This document shows positions 27,366 through 36,661 of a DNA stretch of 64,000 bases, one piece after another. How positions within the stretch are numbered: position 1 is the stretch's first letter; each line of letters starts with the position of its first letter. The DNA is from Planctomycetota bacterium (GTDB lineage Bacteria > Planctomycetota > UBA1135 > GCA-002686595). A program made the translations under genes and the position numbers. The notes under the pieces are model-generated. The model was not told where the DNA came from. It ran no database searches and worked only from the letters and a program-made list of their open reading frames with translations. The DNA is taken from NCBI GenBank assembly GCA_012959785.1, contig DUCM01000011.1, positions 61,824 through 125,823 on the forward strand, read 5' to 3'.

Positions 27366-29174
27366 CTACTTCTTCGCCGCGGGAGAGAGCTGCACGAGCA
27401 TGTCCACCAGCGGCGCGGCGAAGCGCAAGGAACCGCCGGCGGGGTTGGCGCCCTGACGCGGGCCGCGGGTCACCAGATAACCGTGGGGAGCGCGGTAGTT
27501 TTCGCGGGAGGAACGCATCACCGCGCAGAACATGGCGCGGGTCTCGCCGTCGCGCAGAGCAAAGCCCGTGGAGTAGTTGGAGGCGAGCCCCTGGAGCAGG
27601 TTCTGGGGCATGCCCGGCAGGTCCCCCACTTGCAAGCCCGCCCGGGGATCAAAGTCGAAGACCGTCACATCCCCCCAGGCACCGTTCCCGTACTGCTCGC
27701 CCTTGAAGTGCACGCGCGCTGCGGAACGCAAGAGCCGTTCGACTTCGCCGAGCAACTCGGGTTCCAACTCGGCCAAGCCTCGGAAGATCCGCCAGGCACG
27801 GATCTGGTCGGCGGCGATGTTGCCACCGAAGCGCAGGGCGTCGCGCCAGAGTGGCGCGTAGAAGTCGTAGCCGCCGCGCACGATGCGGCGAAAGCTATCC
27901 TCGAGCGGCCAGGCCCGCGACATGACCAGGGCGCGCTCGGCATAGTGACCAAAGTCATCATCAAAGCCCGGATCGATACTCTCCCAGGTCCCCGGCCAGA
28001 GCCAGGTGTACTCGAACTCGCTCACCGCTTCGCGGGCTAGGTCGCGGTAACGCGCATCGCCGTCGAGGGCGCCCAAGACCGCCAGGGGTGCGGGGACATC
28101 GAAGCGCCGCAACTGCGAAAAGCCCACCGACGGCGCGCCGCTCGCCGGGGTGTAGGCCGGTGCCACCTGGCCATCGGGCAGGGCTCCGGCCTGGAGGACC
28201 CTCTCGCCAATCAGGCGCAGCCGCCGGGCGGCCTCGGCGCGCCAGAGCTCGGGGCCGTGGTCCGCGAGGTCGCTCAAGAATTCCAGGGTCTGGTGCAACT
28301 CCACCGGGCGCTGGTCGCGAGCTGTGCCCTGCTCGGTGTCCCAGTTGCGCGGCAGGGAAGTCTGGGGGTGAAAGCATCTGGCAAACCAGCTCTCGAGAAA
28401 GCGATCCAAAAGCGCACGCCAGGCGGGTTCGTTGTGGACCGTAACGGCCTCGAGCAAAAGGCTGTGCACGGGACCGAGCAGCCCGTCGCGGGTAAACAAG
28501 CGTCCTGCCGTGTAGACATCGTGCACGCAACTGGCGAAACCGGTCTCGGGGTCGATCACATGCTCGCGCCAGAGGGTGAAGATCTCGTCCAGGATCTCGA
28601 TCACTTCGACCCGTAGAGCCGCTTCGTCAGGGCACGGAAGGGGCACCAGGCACTCGAGGTCGGTCCAGAAAGCGGGCTCTTCCTCCGAAGCCGAAGCGAT
28701 CTCCAACACAAAACGCGGCTGGGGCGCGGCGAAGGCTTGCAGGTCGCCCGACAACTCGAAACCGCGGGCGTAAAGGGCCTCGGGAGCAGACGCGAGTTCC
28801 TCGAGGGTGAATTCGAAACGACGGCCGTCCGCCTCGTCGCCACCTTGGAAGCGCAGGATGGCTGTGTGCCCACCGCCTTCGTGCAAGCGCAACTCGCCGG
28901 GACCGCGCAGGCGCCCGGAGATGCAGAGGCCCGCGGCCAGGGGAGCGTAAGCGGCCACGGGTTGTCGGGCACCATAGGCGCCCTGGGTGCCAAGCCAGAA
29001 AACGCCCTCTTCCCGCCGCACCTGGTCCGAGCCGAGATCCACGCGCCACCAGGGCACACGACCTTCGGCCTCGCTCGAAAGGCTCTCGGCGAAGTTGCCG
29101 TTGTCGAGAAGCTGGACGGCCAGCCGTGGCTCGCCCGACTGGGCGGCGGAGGGTGCGGCGCAAAAGAGCAGCAC
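27366..29174 (-). CDS. Hypothetical secreted protein: N-terminal CBM4/9-like beta-sandwich plus large alpha-helical domain
   Basis: N-terminus LLDNGNFAESL....WW resembles the NG[DN]FE start of CBM_4_9 modules. The remaining 400-odd aa is helix-rich, with no family recognised. Start is uncertain: GTG 29174 gives a truncated-looking signal, and in-frame ATA 29204 would give MKFLDPLSAWVLLFCAAPSAAQS. Confidence 0.55.
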   Translation of the reverse strand: MLLFCAAPSAAQSGEPRLAVQLLDNGNFAESLSSEAEGRVPWWRVDLGSDQVRREEGVFWLGTQGAYGARQPVAAYAPLAAGLCISGRLRGPGELRLHEGGGHTAILRFQGGDEADGRRFEFTLEELASAPEALYARGFELSGDLQAFAAPQPRFVLEIASASEEEPAFWTDLECLVPLPCPDEAALRVEVIEILDEIFTLWREHVIDPETGFASCVHDVYTAGRLFTRDGLLGPVHSLLLEAVTVHNEPAWRALLDRFLESWFARCFHPQTSLPRNWDTEQGTARDQRPVELHQTLEFLSDLADHGPELWRAEAARRLRLIGERVLQAGALPDGQVAPAYTPASGAPSVGFSQLRRFDVPAPLAVLGALDGDARYRDLAREAVSEFEYTWLWPGTWESIDPGFDDDFGHYAERALVMSRAWPLEDSFRRIVRGGYDFYAPLWRDALRFGGNIAADQIRAWRIFRGLAELEPELLGEVERLLRSAARVHFKGEQYGNGAWGDVTVFDFDPRAGLQVGDLPGMPQNLLQGLASNYSTGFALRDGETRAMFCAVMRSSRENYRAPHGYLVTRGPRQGANPAGGSLRFAAPLVDMLVQLSPAAKK

Positions 29175-29244
29175 CCAGGCGGAGAGGGGATCGAGGAACT
29201 TTATGGGGAGGCGGAGGACGCGAGCCCTCGTGAGCGCTGGCCGG

Positions 29245-29511
29245 CTACTTGGCCTGACGGGGATCGCGGCCGGCGAGAGCTTCTACTCCCCAGGCTTCCA
29301 GGAGCAGACTGAAGGCCTCGTCGAGGCGCTGCGGGTCGACCATCAGGCAGCGCGCACCCTCGGCGGAGGAGCCCTCCAACACTTCCAGCATCTCCACGCG
29401 GTCGGAGGCACCCACGGCGAAGGGAATCTCGGCGCCGCTGAGCAGGTCCTTCGCGAGGTCGAGTTCCACATTGCTGCTGGGAGTGAGTAACTGCACGAAG
29501 TCCTGGGTCAT
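29245..29511 (-). CDS. DUF2007-like small protein (putative signal-transducing protein fold)
   Basis: 88 aa from ATG 29511, preceded by AAGGAGA at 8-nt spacing. Pattern V.LL....NVELDLAKDLLSGAEIPFAV. Confidence 0.5.
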   Translation of the reverse strand: MTQDFVQLLTPSSNVELDLAKDLLSGAEIPFAVGASDRVEMLEVLEGSSAEGARCLMVDPQRLDEAFSLLLEAWGVEALAGRDPRQAK

Positions 29512-29638
29512 GATTCGATTCTCCTTGAGAGTTCCGTTGGCCTGGCGGAAGGATCCGGGGTTGGGCACCGAGGAGCATAGCTCTTTCACTTGCTCCAGGC
29601 CCGCATTCCCCCCTTCAAAGCGCTACTCTGCGCCCACC

Positions 29639-30970
29639 ATGCCCCCCCAGGAACCCGCCGCCCAACGCCGCGTGCGCACTGCAACCGTGCTGCTCGTCAT
29701 CGGTCGTCTGTGGGGTTCGGCGTGCACCTTCAGCTACTTGTGGCTCCTGGCCCGCGCCCTGGACGGGGCCGACTTCGGTCGCTTCACCTTCTATCTGGCC
29801 GTGTTCATGTTGCTCGACAGCTGGGTCGATCTGGGCACCGGCGCGATCGCCGTGCAACGCACGGCCAGCGCGCCACAGAAGATCCCCGAGACCCTTTGCG
29901 CCACCCGCGCCATCCGCGCCGTGACCGGAGTGATCGGTGTGCTGGTGGTGGGCGGCGGCGCTTTCCTGGCGGGCGAAAAGGGCGCGGGCTGGATTCTCCT
30001 CGCCAGCTTCTACCCCCTGACCCATGTGCTCGAACTGTCGGCCACGGTCTACAAGAACAACATGGCCTGGGCCACGCCCGTGGCGATTCGCGCGCTGGCC
30101 AGCGGGATCGGTCTCTTGTGCGTATTGGCCCTCTTGTCTCAAGGCGTGGACGAAGGCGCGCTTTACCTCGTGGGCATCGCCCTGGGCAGCGCCAGCGCCA
30201 ACTTCGCCCTGCACTTCGCGGCACGGCGCCATCTTGCGCGGGTGCGCGTGCCACGCATCCTGTGGCGGTCGGTGCTGCGCGCCGCGTTGCCCCTGGGGCT
30301 AGCGGGACTCTGCCAGCAGACCTACTTCTACGTCGATAACCTGTTCGTGCGCGCCTTCGAGGGGCAGGTCGCCGTGGGCCATTACAATATCGCCGTGCGC
30401 CTCATGTCCCTGGCCATCATGGTGGGCGTTTTCGCGGCCATGGTAGCTCTGCCCTGGTACCGCCGTGAGTACGCCCGCGGAGAGTTGGGCCCGGCGGTAA
30501 GGCGCCAAGCGCAACCCATGTTCGCCGTTGCGGGCCTGGTGCTGGGTCTGTTTTTCTTCTTCTGCGAGGAACTGCTCGGGATCTTCGGCGCCCAGTTCAC
30601 CGAAGCCGCCAGCAGTCTGCGCTGGCTCCTGGGCGCCGCCACCCTGGTCTACATGGGCGCCAACCTCCTCACCGCGGTGGTAGCCACGGGCCGCACCTTG
30701 GCCGTGCTCGCGATCGCATCCCTGGGACTCGCCACCAACCTCGCGGGAAACGCCTGGCTCCTGCCGAAGCACGGCATGCAGGGCGCGGCCATCGCCACCT
30801 TCATGACCGAGGGCGTCGTGGCCGTGGGCGCTCTTGTTGCCCTGGCCTCGGGAGGAGTCGCAGGACTCGGCGGCCGAGCCGCCCTGGGTTGGCTGGGCGG
30901 GCCGGCGGGCTTTTGCGTGGGTTGTGCCGTGAGCTTTGGCCTGCGTGCTCTTGTGGGGGGCGCGGCATGA
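29639..30970 (+). CDS. Polysaccharide flippase (MOP/Wzx family)
   Basis: 443-aa polytopic membrane protein (12 or so hydrophobic segments) with a typical Polysacc_synt layout. ATGA-coupled to the following glycosyltransferase. Confidence 0.75.
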   Translation: MPPQEPAAQRRVRTATVLLVIGRLWGSACTFSYLWLLARALDGADFGRFTFYLAVFMLLDSWVDLGTGAIAVQRTASAPQKIPETLCATRAIRAVTGVIGVLVVGGGAFLAGEKGAGWILLASFYPLTHVLELSATVYKNNMAWATPVAIRALASGIGLLCVLALLSQGVDEGALYLVGIALGSASANFALHFAARRHLARVRVPRILWRSVLRAALPLGLAGLCQQTYFYVDNLFVRAFEGQVAVGHYNIAVRLMSLAIMVGVFAAMVALPWYRREYARGELGPAVRRQAQPMFAVAGLVLGLFFFFCEELLGIFGAQFTEAASSLRWLLGAATLVYMGANLLTAVVATGRTLAVLAIASLGLATNLAGNAWLLPKHGMQGAAIATFMTEGVVAVGALVALASGGVAGLGGRAALGWLGGPAGFCVGCAVSFGLRALVGGAA

Positions 30971-32118
30971 GGGTCGGCATCGACTACCGTGCGGCCCTCG
31001 TCAACCGCGAAGGCATCGGGCGCTACACGCGCGAACTCGTGCGCGGTCTCGTCGAGTTGGGCTTCGATGGCAACCTGGGACTCTTCGGCTACACCCTGGC
31101 TGCCAGCAAGTTCGGTCGCAGCGAATTGGGTCTGCAAGCCAGTCGCGCCGAGCTCTTGCGCCTGCGACTGCCGGCGCGCATCCTGCCCCGTCTGCTGCGC
31201 GGCCTGAACAAAGGAGTCGATGATCTCGTGGGTGGTTGCGATGTCTACCACCACACGCAGCCCAATCTGCTGGACGTGCGCGAGGCCAGCGAAGTGGTCA
31301 CGATTCACGATTGCATCTACACCCTGGACGCGGGCTACATGGATCCAGAATCCGCCCAACGCATGACCCGCGTCGCCCAGGAGCAGGTGCGCCGCGCGCG
31401 GCGCATCCTGGTGCCCAGCCGTTTCGTGGGCGCTGAAGTGGTCATGGCCCTCGGCGCCCACCCCGCACGGGTTTCGGTCACCCCTCTCGGTTGCGATCAC
31501 ATCGTGCGCCACATTCCCCCCGGTGGTTTTCCAAGGAGCTCAGAGCCCTACATCCTGACCGTCAGCCGCATCGACCCGCGTAAGAACCATTTGCGCATTC
31601 TGTCCGCCTTCGAGCGCCTGGTGGCCGAGGGTCTGCCGCAGCGCTGGGTCATCGCCGGTCCCATGGGTTGGGGTGCGGAGCCCTTCGAGCGAGCTCTAGC
31701 CGCATCGCCGGCACGCCACTCCATCGAACTTCTGCCCGCTGCTTCCGAAGCTGCTCTGGCCAAACTCTACGCCCAAGCGGACGCCTTCGTCTTCCCCAGC
31801 CTGAACGAGGGTTTTGGCCTGCCGCCGGTAGAGGCCATGGCCTGCGACACGCCGGTCATCACCAGTTGCGTGACCTCCATGGGCGAGATCTGCGAAGACG
31901 CCGCCATTTTGGTGGAGCCCACCGATGTGGACCAAATCTTCGAGGCCATGCGCTCCGTCTGCCAGGACGCCGACCTCGCCGAGGACCTCGTCCTCCGCGG
32001 CCGCCAGCGCGCCCGAATCCTCACCTGGCGCGAATGCGCCCGCGCGACCCTCGTCGCCTACCAGGCCGCCACGCAGCCCGAACCGGAAGCAGGCCCGAGT
32101 CTCATGCGCCGGTTGTAA
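30967..32118 (+). CDS. Glycosyltransferase family 4 (GT-B, Glycos_transf_1)
   Basis: MRVGIDYRA.....GIGRYTREL N-terminus. C-terminal FVFPSLNEGFGLPPVEAMACDTPVITS (EX7E region). Confidence 0.9.
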   Translation: MRVGIDYRAALVNREGIGRYTRELVRGLVELGFDGNLGLFGYTLAASKFGRSELGLQASRAELLRLRLPARILPRLLRGLNKGVDDLVGGCDVYHHTQPNLLDVREASEVVTIHDCIYTLDAGYMDPESAQRMTRVAQEQVRRARRILVPSRFVGAEVVMALGAHPARVSVTPLGCDHIVRHIPPGGFPRSSEPYILTVSRIDPRKNHLRILSAFERLVAEGLPQRWVIAGPMGWGAEPFERALAASPARHSIELLPAASEAALAKLYAQADAFVFPSLNEGFGLPPVEAMACDTPVITSCVTSMGEICEDAAILVEPTDVDQIFEAMRSVCQDADLAEDLVLRGRQRARILTWRECARATLVAYQAATQPEPEAGPSLMRRL

Positions 32119-32142
32119 GGATTGGGCAGTCTTGGGCCCGGA

Positions 32143-32715
32143 CTATCCCTGCCGGCCTTCGATGGCGGCGAGCAACACGACCATGGCCAGGATCAGGCGG
32201 CGGTCGAGTTCGCTGTCGGGCGGGATGCTCACATCGAGCTTGTAGATGAATGGATTGAAGCGCTGGTGGATCTGAATGGCCTGGGCGCCTGCGCCGATGT
32301 GAAAGCGTTGGGGAATCAAGCCGCTGAGGAGGCGCCGCAGGAGGGCCAGGCCCAGGGAGTCCTCTTGCAAGTGCGCGATCGGCGCATCGTTCTCGTCGAG
32401 GAGTTCCCACGAGTCGCGCACGAAGGAACTGAAGCCCCGGCGGCGCGCCGCACCCACCCGCTTGCCATCGCGCTCGTCCACAATGTCGTAGCACGCGGCA
32501 AAGTCGATCATCTGGCGAGCCTTGATGCTCAAGATGAGCACAGTCTGGGCCTCGTCGGCGAACAGGCGGATGTCCTCTTTCAATTTGAAGGCCTTCTGCG
32601 CGGAGTATCCGATCAGAATTGCCTGCGGATCGAGGATGTAGAAGCCGGCGCCGAAGATCTTGAAGACCTTGCGGCGCAAGGTGTAGCGGTCGAGAACGAG
32701 AGGATCGCTGGTCAT
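32143..32715 (-). CDS. LURP-one-related / YxjI-like (scramblase-fold, Tubby C-terminal-like) protein
   Basis: 190 aa. RRKVFKIFGAGFYILD...KAFKLKEDIRLFAD... and C-terminal RRLILAMVVLLAAIE mirror the YxjI/PF04525 pattern. Confidence 0.55.
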   Translation of the reverse strand: MTSDPLVLDRYTLRRKVFKIFGAGFYILDPQAILIGYSAQKAFKLKEDIRLFADEAQTVLILSIKARQMIDFAACYDIVDERDGKRVGAARRRGFSSFVRDSWELLDENDAPIAHLQEDSLGLALLRRLLSGLIPQRFHIGAGAQAIQIHQRFNPFIYKLDVSIPPDSELDRRLILAMVVLLAAIEGRQG

Positions 32716-32834
32716 GGCGAGCTGTGAGGGTGGAGGGACCGGACTGCGTTGCTGGAGCGCTCTGCTTGGAAGGACAGTCGCCGGGTAACGGTGTTTCCCC
32801 GGTTAGTTTTCCCCCGGGGGCGGTCGCCGGCGAT

Positions 32835-34853
32835 TCAACTCGGTGGACGGGCTTCTGTGGTGGCACCAACCGCTTGGGGCACGAGGTCCACGCGGGTGGA
32901 CATGTAGGTCGTGCCGCTGCCGAGGTCGGAGAGTTGGTCGTGGTGCAAGGCGTTGAGGGGCAGGGCCTCGGGGGTGTCGTGGGCCTGGGGTTGGCCGTCC
33001 ACGCGCAAGAGTCCCGGAGGCATGTCGGCACTGGGCGTGATGGGCAGGGTGATGCGCGCCAGATCGTTCACCAAGGTGGCGAGATCGCCGGTGGCCAGGC
33101 CCAGGCGGCGGGCATCCAGGGGATTGATGTGGCAGGTATACTCGCCGCTGCGCGCACGGTGCCGCTGCACTCGTGAGAAGGTCGTGTTGTGGGTGTGCTT
33201 CGAGGGCGCGCTCACCAGGCTGAAAGCGCGCGGCGTACCGGGAGTGATCTCGGGCACAAAGGTTGCCATGGGCGGCTGGCCCGCGCTGGCGGCGGCGGTG
33301 CTGAAGAGTTCGACGCGGCCGCTGGGCGTGCCGCGGGGTCCGGTCGGGGGCTGGATCTTGGTGGGTTTGCCCGCAAGCAGGGACTCTTGAGCCTCGGCGC
33401 CAAGGCTGGCAGAGGCCGCGCGGATCAGTTCAAGGCAGAGCTCGTCGGCGCTCGTATGAAAGGCCTCTTGTTCCAGGCCCAAGGCGCGGGCGATGGCGCA
33501 GAAGGTGTCCACATTGTTACGCGGCCCCGGGGGAGGCGCGACGGCCGCGCGTCCGTACTGCGCCACGCGGTGTCCGTAACTCTGGTAGAGATCGGAGTGT
33601 TCGACAAAGGTGGTGGCCGGCAGAACCACATCGGCCAGCTCGGCGGTCTCGGTCAGGAACTGCTCGTGCACCACGCAAAAGACATCCTCGCGGGACAGCC
33701 CCAGGCGCACGGCGCGACTGTCGGGCAGGGTCACCGCGGGGTTGTGGCCCCAAATGAAAACCGCGCCAAAGCGCCCGGAGTTGAGCTCGCGGCCGACCTG
33801 GATCTGATGCACGGGGGGCGGGAGAGGCGCATGGCGCAGATCGGGGCGCTCTACAAGTTGCTTGTCAAAGGTGAACACCGCGCCGCTCTCGTAGTGCACG
33901 CGTTCGGCATGGCCCAGCAGCGCCGCCAGGGAACAGACGGCGCGCATTCCCATAGCGCCGTTGGTGCGTCGGGTCCAGCCCGATCCGGTACGCAAGAAGG
34001 GCTGCTTGGCGTGCCGCAGGATATGGCTGAGAAACTCAATCTCGGCGGGTTCGAGGCCGCAGATCCGGGCGGCTTCGTCCACGGAGGGAGCGCCGCAGAG
34101 GTGAGCCTCGAAGCGTTTTGCGCCGAGACACTCAGCCGCGAGTCGTTCGCGGTCCACCCAGCCCCTTTCAAACGCCGCGCGGCAAATCGCAAGCGCCAGG
34201 GCCGCGTCGGTACCGGGATGGATGATCAGGCTGCGGGCGCCGAATTTTTCGAAACTGCGCACTGTGTCGGTGCGGTAGATGTCCACGATCGCGAGGGGTG
34301 CGCCGCCCTTGGCGAGTTTTTGCAGACCGGGCTGTAGATGCTGGATGGTGCGCTTGACATCGCTACCCCAGATCACGGCGGCGTCGGAATCGGACAGGCT
34401 TTCCACATCGGGGCCGATGCAGCGGCCCAGCACCGTGCTGTAGCCCGCCGTGGAGGTCGTGTCGCAAACGCCGCCGTCGTGCTGCACGCCGCCCAGGGCG
34501 TGGATCATGCGCATGGGAAATCTGCGGGCCACTAGGCCCATGGATCCCGCGTATTCGAGGGCCAGAATGCGCTCCCCCGCCAGGGGTTTGACACGCTTTG
34601 CAATAAGGGCGAGGGCCTCGTCCCAACTCGCTTCGACAAGGACGCCCGCGCGGCGCACCAGGGGCCTCAACAAGCGCTCTGGGCTCTGCACCAACTCGTG
34701 GTAGTGAGCGGTCTTCGAACACAAGACGCCGCGGCTGTAGGGGTGCTCGGGATTGCCGCGCACGCGCAGCAAGGCGCCGGCAGCATCGGTTTCCACCAGA
34801 ACCCCGCAGGCGTCGGGGCAATCGAGGGGGCAGGTGCTCGGGTGCAAGGCCAT
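32835..34853 (-). CDS. Molybdopterin (bis-MGD) oxidoreductase family protein, cytoplasmic type
   Basis: N-terminal 4Fe-4S motif CPLDCPDACG with no Tat or signal sequence. Molybdopterin-binding and C-terminal Molydop_binding patterns. 672 aa. Confidence 0.9.
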   Translation of the reverse strand: MALHPSTCPLDCPDACGVLVETDAAGALLRVRGNPEHPYSRGVLCSKTAHYHELVQSPERLLRPLVRRAGVLVEASWDEALALIAKRVKPLAGERILALEYAGSMGLVARRFPMRMIHALGGVQHDGGVCDTTSTAGYSTVLGRCIGPDVESLSDSDAAVIWGSDVKRTIQHLQPGLQKLAKGGAPLAIVDIYRTDTVRSFEKFGARSLIIHPGTDAALALAICRAAFERGWVDRERLAAECLGAKRFEAHLCGAPSVDEAARICGLEPAEIEFLSHILRHAKQPFLRTGSGWTRRTNGAMGMRAVCSLAALLGHAERVHYESGAVFTFDKQLVERPDLRHAPLPPPVHQIQVGRELNSGRFGAVFIWGHNPAVTLPDSRAVRLGLSREDVFCVVHEQFLTETAELADVVLPATTFVEHSDLYQSYGHRVAQYGRAAVAPPPGPRNNVDTFCAIARALGLEQEAFHTSADELCLELIRAASASLGAEAQESLLAGKPTKIQPPTGPRGTPSGRVELFSTAAASAGQPPMATFVPEITPGTPRAFSLVSAPSKHTHNTTFSRVQRHRARSGEYTCHINPLDARRLGLATGDLATLVNDLARITLPITPSADMPPGLLRVDGQPQAHDTPEALPLNALHHDQLSDLGSGTTYMSTRVDLVPQAVGATTEARPPS

Positions 34854-34895
34854 GGCGTTAGTTCGGATCCAAAAGAGCCGCGGGACCTCGCGGTT

Positions 34896-35351
34896 TCACT
34901 CGTCCAGAAAGGCTGAACGGCGGCGGGTCCTGTCGGGAGCCAGGTCGCGCAAGAAGCCCCGGCGTTTGCGCAAGAGAACATCATTGCGGTCGAAGACGAA
35001 GACCACACCGTGGAGCTTGTCGACGATGTCGTCGAAGTTGACCGAGGCCGAACCGCCCGTGTCCGCCAGGGGCACGCTCAAGCTGAATCCGAGATCGCGC
35101 TGGTGGTCCCAACCGTAGGCAATGGCGTAGGTCGCCGAACTCAACTCCCAAACCTCGATCGGCGCGCCGAGTTGGTCGAGACACTGGTCAAAAGTAGCCT
35201 CGCCCACACGCAGTTCGCTGTCGGCCTGTGCTGCGAGGGGAGTGCCCAATTCGTGACGCTCCCAACTGACCTGCACACAGGCGGCCAGAAGGGCGCAGCA
35301 AAGCGCTCCTCTGGAGAGTTGCCCTGCGCGGCGATGGATCAAGCTGACCAC
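34896..35351 (-). CDS. Hypothetical lipoprotein (paralogue-like of the upstream gene)
   Basis: GTG start. Lipobox ALLAAC. The block FDQCLDQLGAPIEVWEL...VFVFDRNDVLL parallels ADDVLGALGAPSDVVQL...VWVFFDEADVL in the 35355..35735 product. Confidence 0.55.
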   Translation of the reverse strand: MVSLIHRRAGQLSRGALCCALLAACVQVSWERHELGTPLAAQADSELRVGEATFDQCLDQLGAPIEVWELSSATYAIAYGWDHQRDLGFSLSVPLADTGGSASVNFDDIVDKLHGVVFVFDRNDVLLRKRRGFLRDLAPDRTRRRSAFLDE

Positions 35352-35354
35352 GGT

Positions 35355-35735
35355 TTAGTCCTGGAAGGGCAACTTGTAGCGCGCGCCCTGGGCCTCGAAG
35401 GTCCCGGCCATGTGGGTCAACACATCGGCCTCATCGAAGAAAACCCAGACGCGGTCCGCTTGGGCGTCGGTGTTGACCATGGTCACGATGAGCAAGGAGA
35501 GGGCCGCGCTCTTTTTTTGGGAGTGGTCGTAGCGCCAGGCCGAACGCCGGCCGAGTTGGACCACATCCGAAGGAGCGCCCAGAGCCCCGAGGACATCGTC
35601 GGCGGTGCTGGTGCCGGGCACCAAGAGCGCCAAACGATCCGGGTCGAGAGGGGTGTTGATGTTGTTGCGAGCGACAAAACAAGCGGGCGTGAGCGCCACG
35701 AGTGCGACCGCCACGAATAGCTTCAGGGTTTTCAT
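35355..35735 (-). CDS. Hypothetical lipoprotein
   Basis: MKTLKLFVAVALVALTPAC lipoprotein signal. 126 aa. 3-nt gap to the next lipoprotein gene. Confidence 0.6.
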   Translation of the reverse strand: MKTLKLFVAVALVALTPACFVARNNINTPLDPDRLALLVPGTSTADDVLGALGAPSDVVQLGRRSAWRYDHSQKKSAALSLLIVTMVNTDAQADRVWVFFDEADVLTHMAGTFEAQGARYKLPFQD

Positions 35736-35858
35736 TGCGGCCAGCCTACTCCCACGCCGGCACCTGGGGCCAGCGGGCTCGAAGGATTCTCAACGACGGA
35801 AGGGAAAACGGTGCGCGGCCCGGCTTAGACTGACGCGCGAGTCCTGGCTCCCCGCCCG

Positions 35859-36635
35859 ATGATCAACATGCCCACCCAACTCGAAAGCGCCCCGATCCCC
35901 ACCTACACCGTTGCAGACCCCCGCGAGGCGGCCCTATGCGTGGTGAACGAGATTGCTGAACTGCTCGCCCAAAAACCCAACACTGTCCTGGGTCTGGCCA
36001 CGGGCAACACACCGATCCTGGTCTACCGCGAACTCGTGCGGCGCGTGCAGGTCGCTGAGATCAGTTTCTCGCGGGCCACGATCTTCAACCTCGACGAGTA
36101 CGCCGGCCTCAAGCCCCAGCACAGCGGCAGCTTTCGAGCCTTCATGGAAGCCCATCTCATGGATGCCATCGACCTCGATCCCAGCCGCTGGCACACCCCA
36201 AAGAGTTGCGCCAACGAACAAGAGAGCGCAACCGAAGCAGCGCGCATCGAGTCGCTACTTGAAACCGTGGGCGGCATTGATTTGCAACTCTTGGGCCTTG
36301 GCCGCAACGGCCACATCGCCTTCAATGAACCGGGCTCGCAGGAGACTTCGCGCACGCGCCGTGTACGGCTCTCCGAAGACACACGCGCCGCGAATCGCCC
36401 CGACTTTCCAGCCGGAGAAGAAGTGCCGAGCCACGCCCTAACCATGGGCATCGGCACGATCCTCGAAGCGCGGCGCCTGCGCATTTTGGCCTTTGGCCCT
36501 CACAAGGCTGACGCCGTGGCCGGAATGCTCCAAGGTCCCCGGAGCAAGCGCCTGCCCGCCAGCTTCTTGCGCGCCCACGGCGACGCCGAGCTGTGGCTCG
36601 ACGAGAGCGCTGCGGGGGCGCTGTCGTTGGACTAA
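35859..36635 (+). CDS. nagB: Glucosamine-6-phosphate deaminase (NagB / 6-phosphogluconolactonase superfamily)
   Basis: LGLATGNTPILVYRELV, FNLDEY and LGLGRNGHIAFNEPGS motifs. Confidence 0.8.
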   Translation: MINMPTQLESAPIPTYTVADPREAALCVVNEIAELLAQKPNTVLGLATGNTPILVYRELVRRVQVAEISFSRATIFNLDEYAGLKPQHSGSFRAFMEAHLMDAIDLDPSRWHTPKSCANEQESATEAARIESLLETVGGIDLQLLGLGRNGHIAFNEPGSQETSRTRRVRLSEDTRAANRPDFPAGEEVPSHALTMGIGTILEARRLRILAFGPHKADAVAGMLQGPRSKRLPASFLRAHGDAELWLDESAAGALSLD

Positions 36636-36661
36636 GCCACTCACCTAGCAAACCAAGACTC

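Noticed and set aside
35736-35858. Possible Moco riboswitch upstream of the lipoprotein / Mo-oxidoreductase genes (CCUUCGAGCC resembles the conserved CCUCCGAGCC segment as I recall it)
   Set aside because: There is only one short, imperfect match recalled from memory. I could not find the flanking helices: the nearby GCTGGCC copies are direct repeats, not complementary. An Infernal scan with RF01055 would be needed, so this is not claimed.
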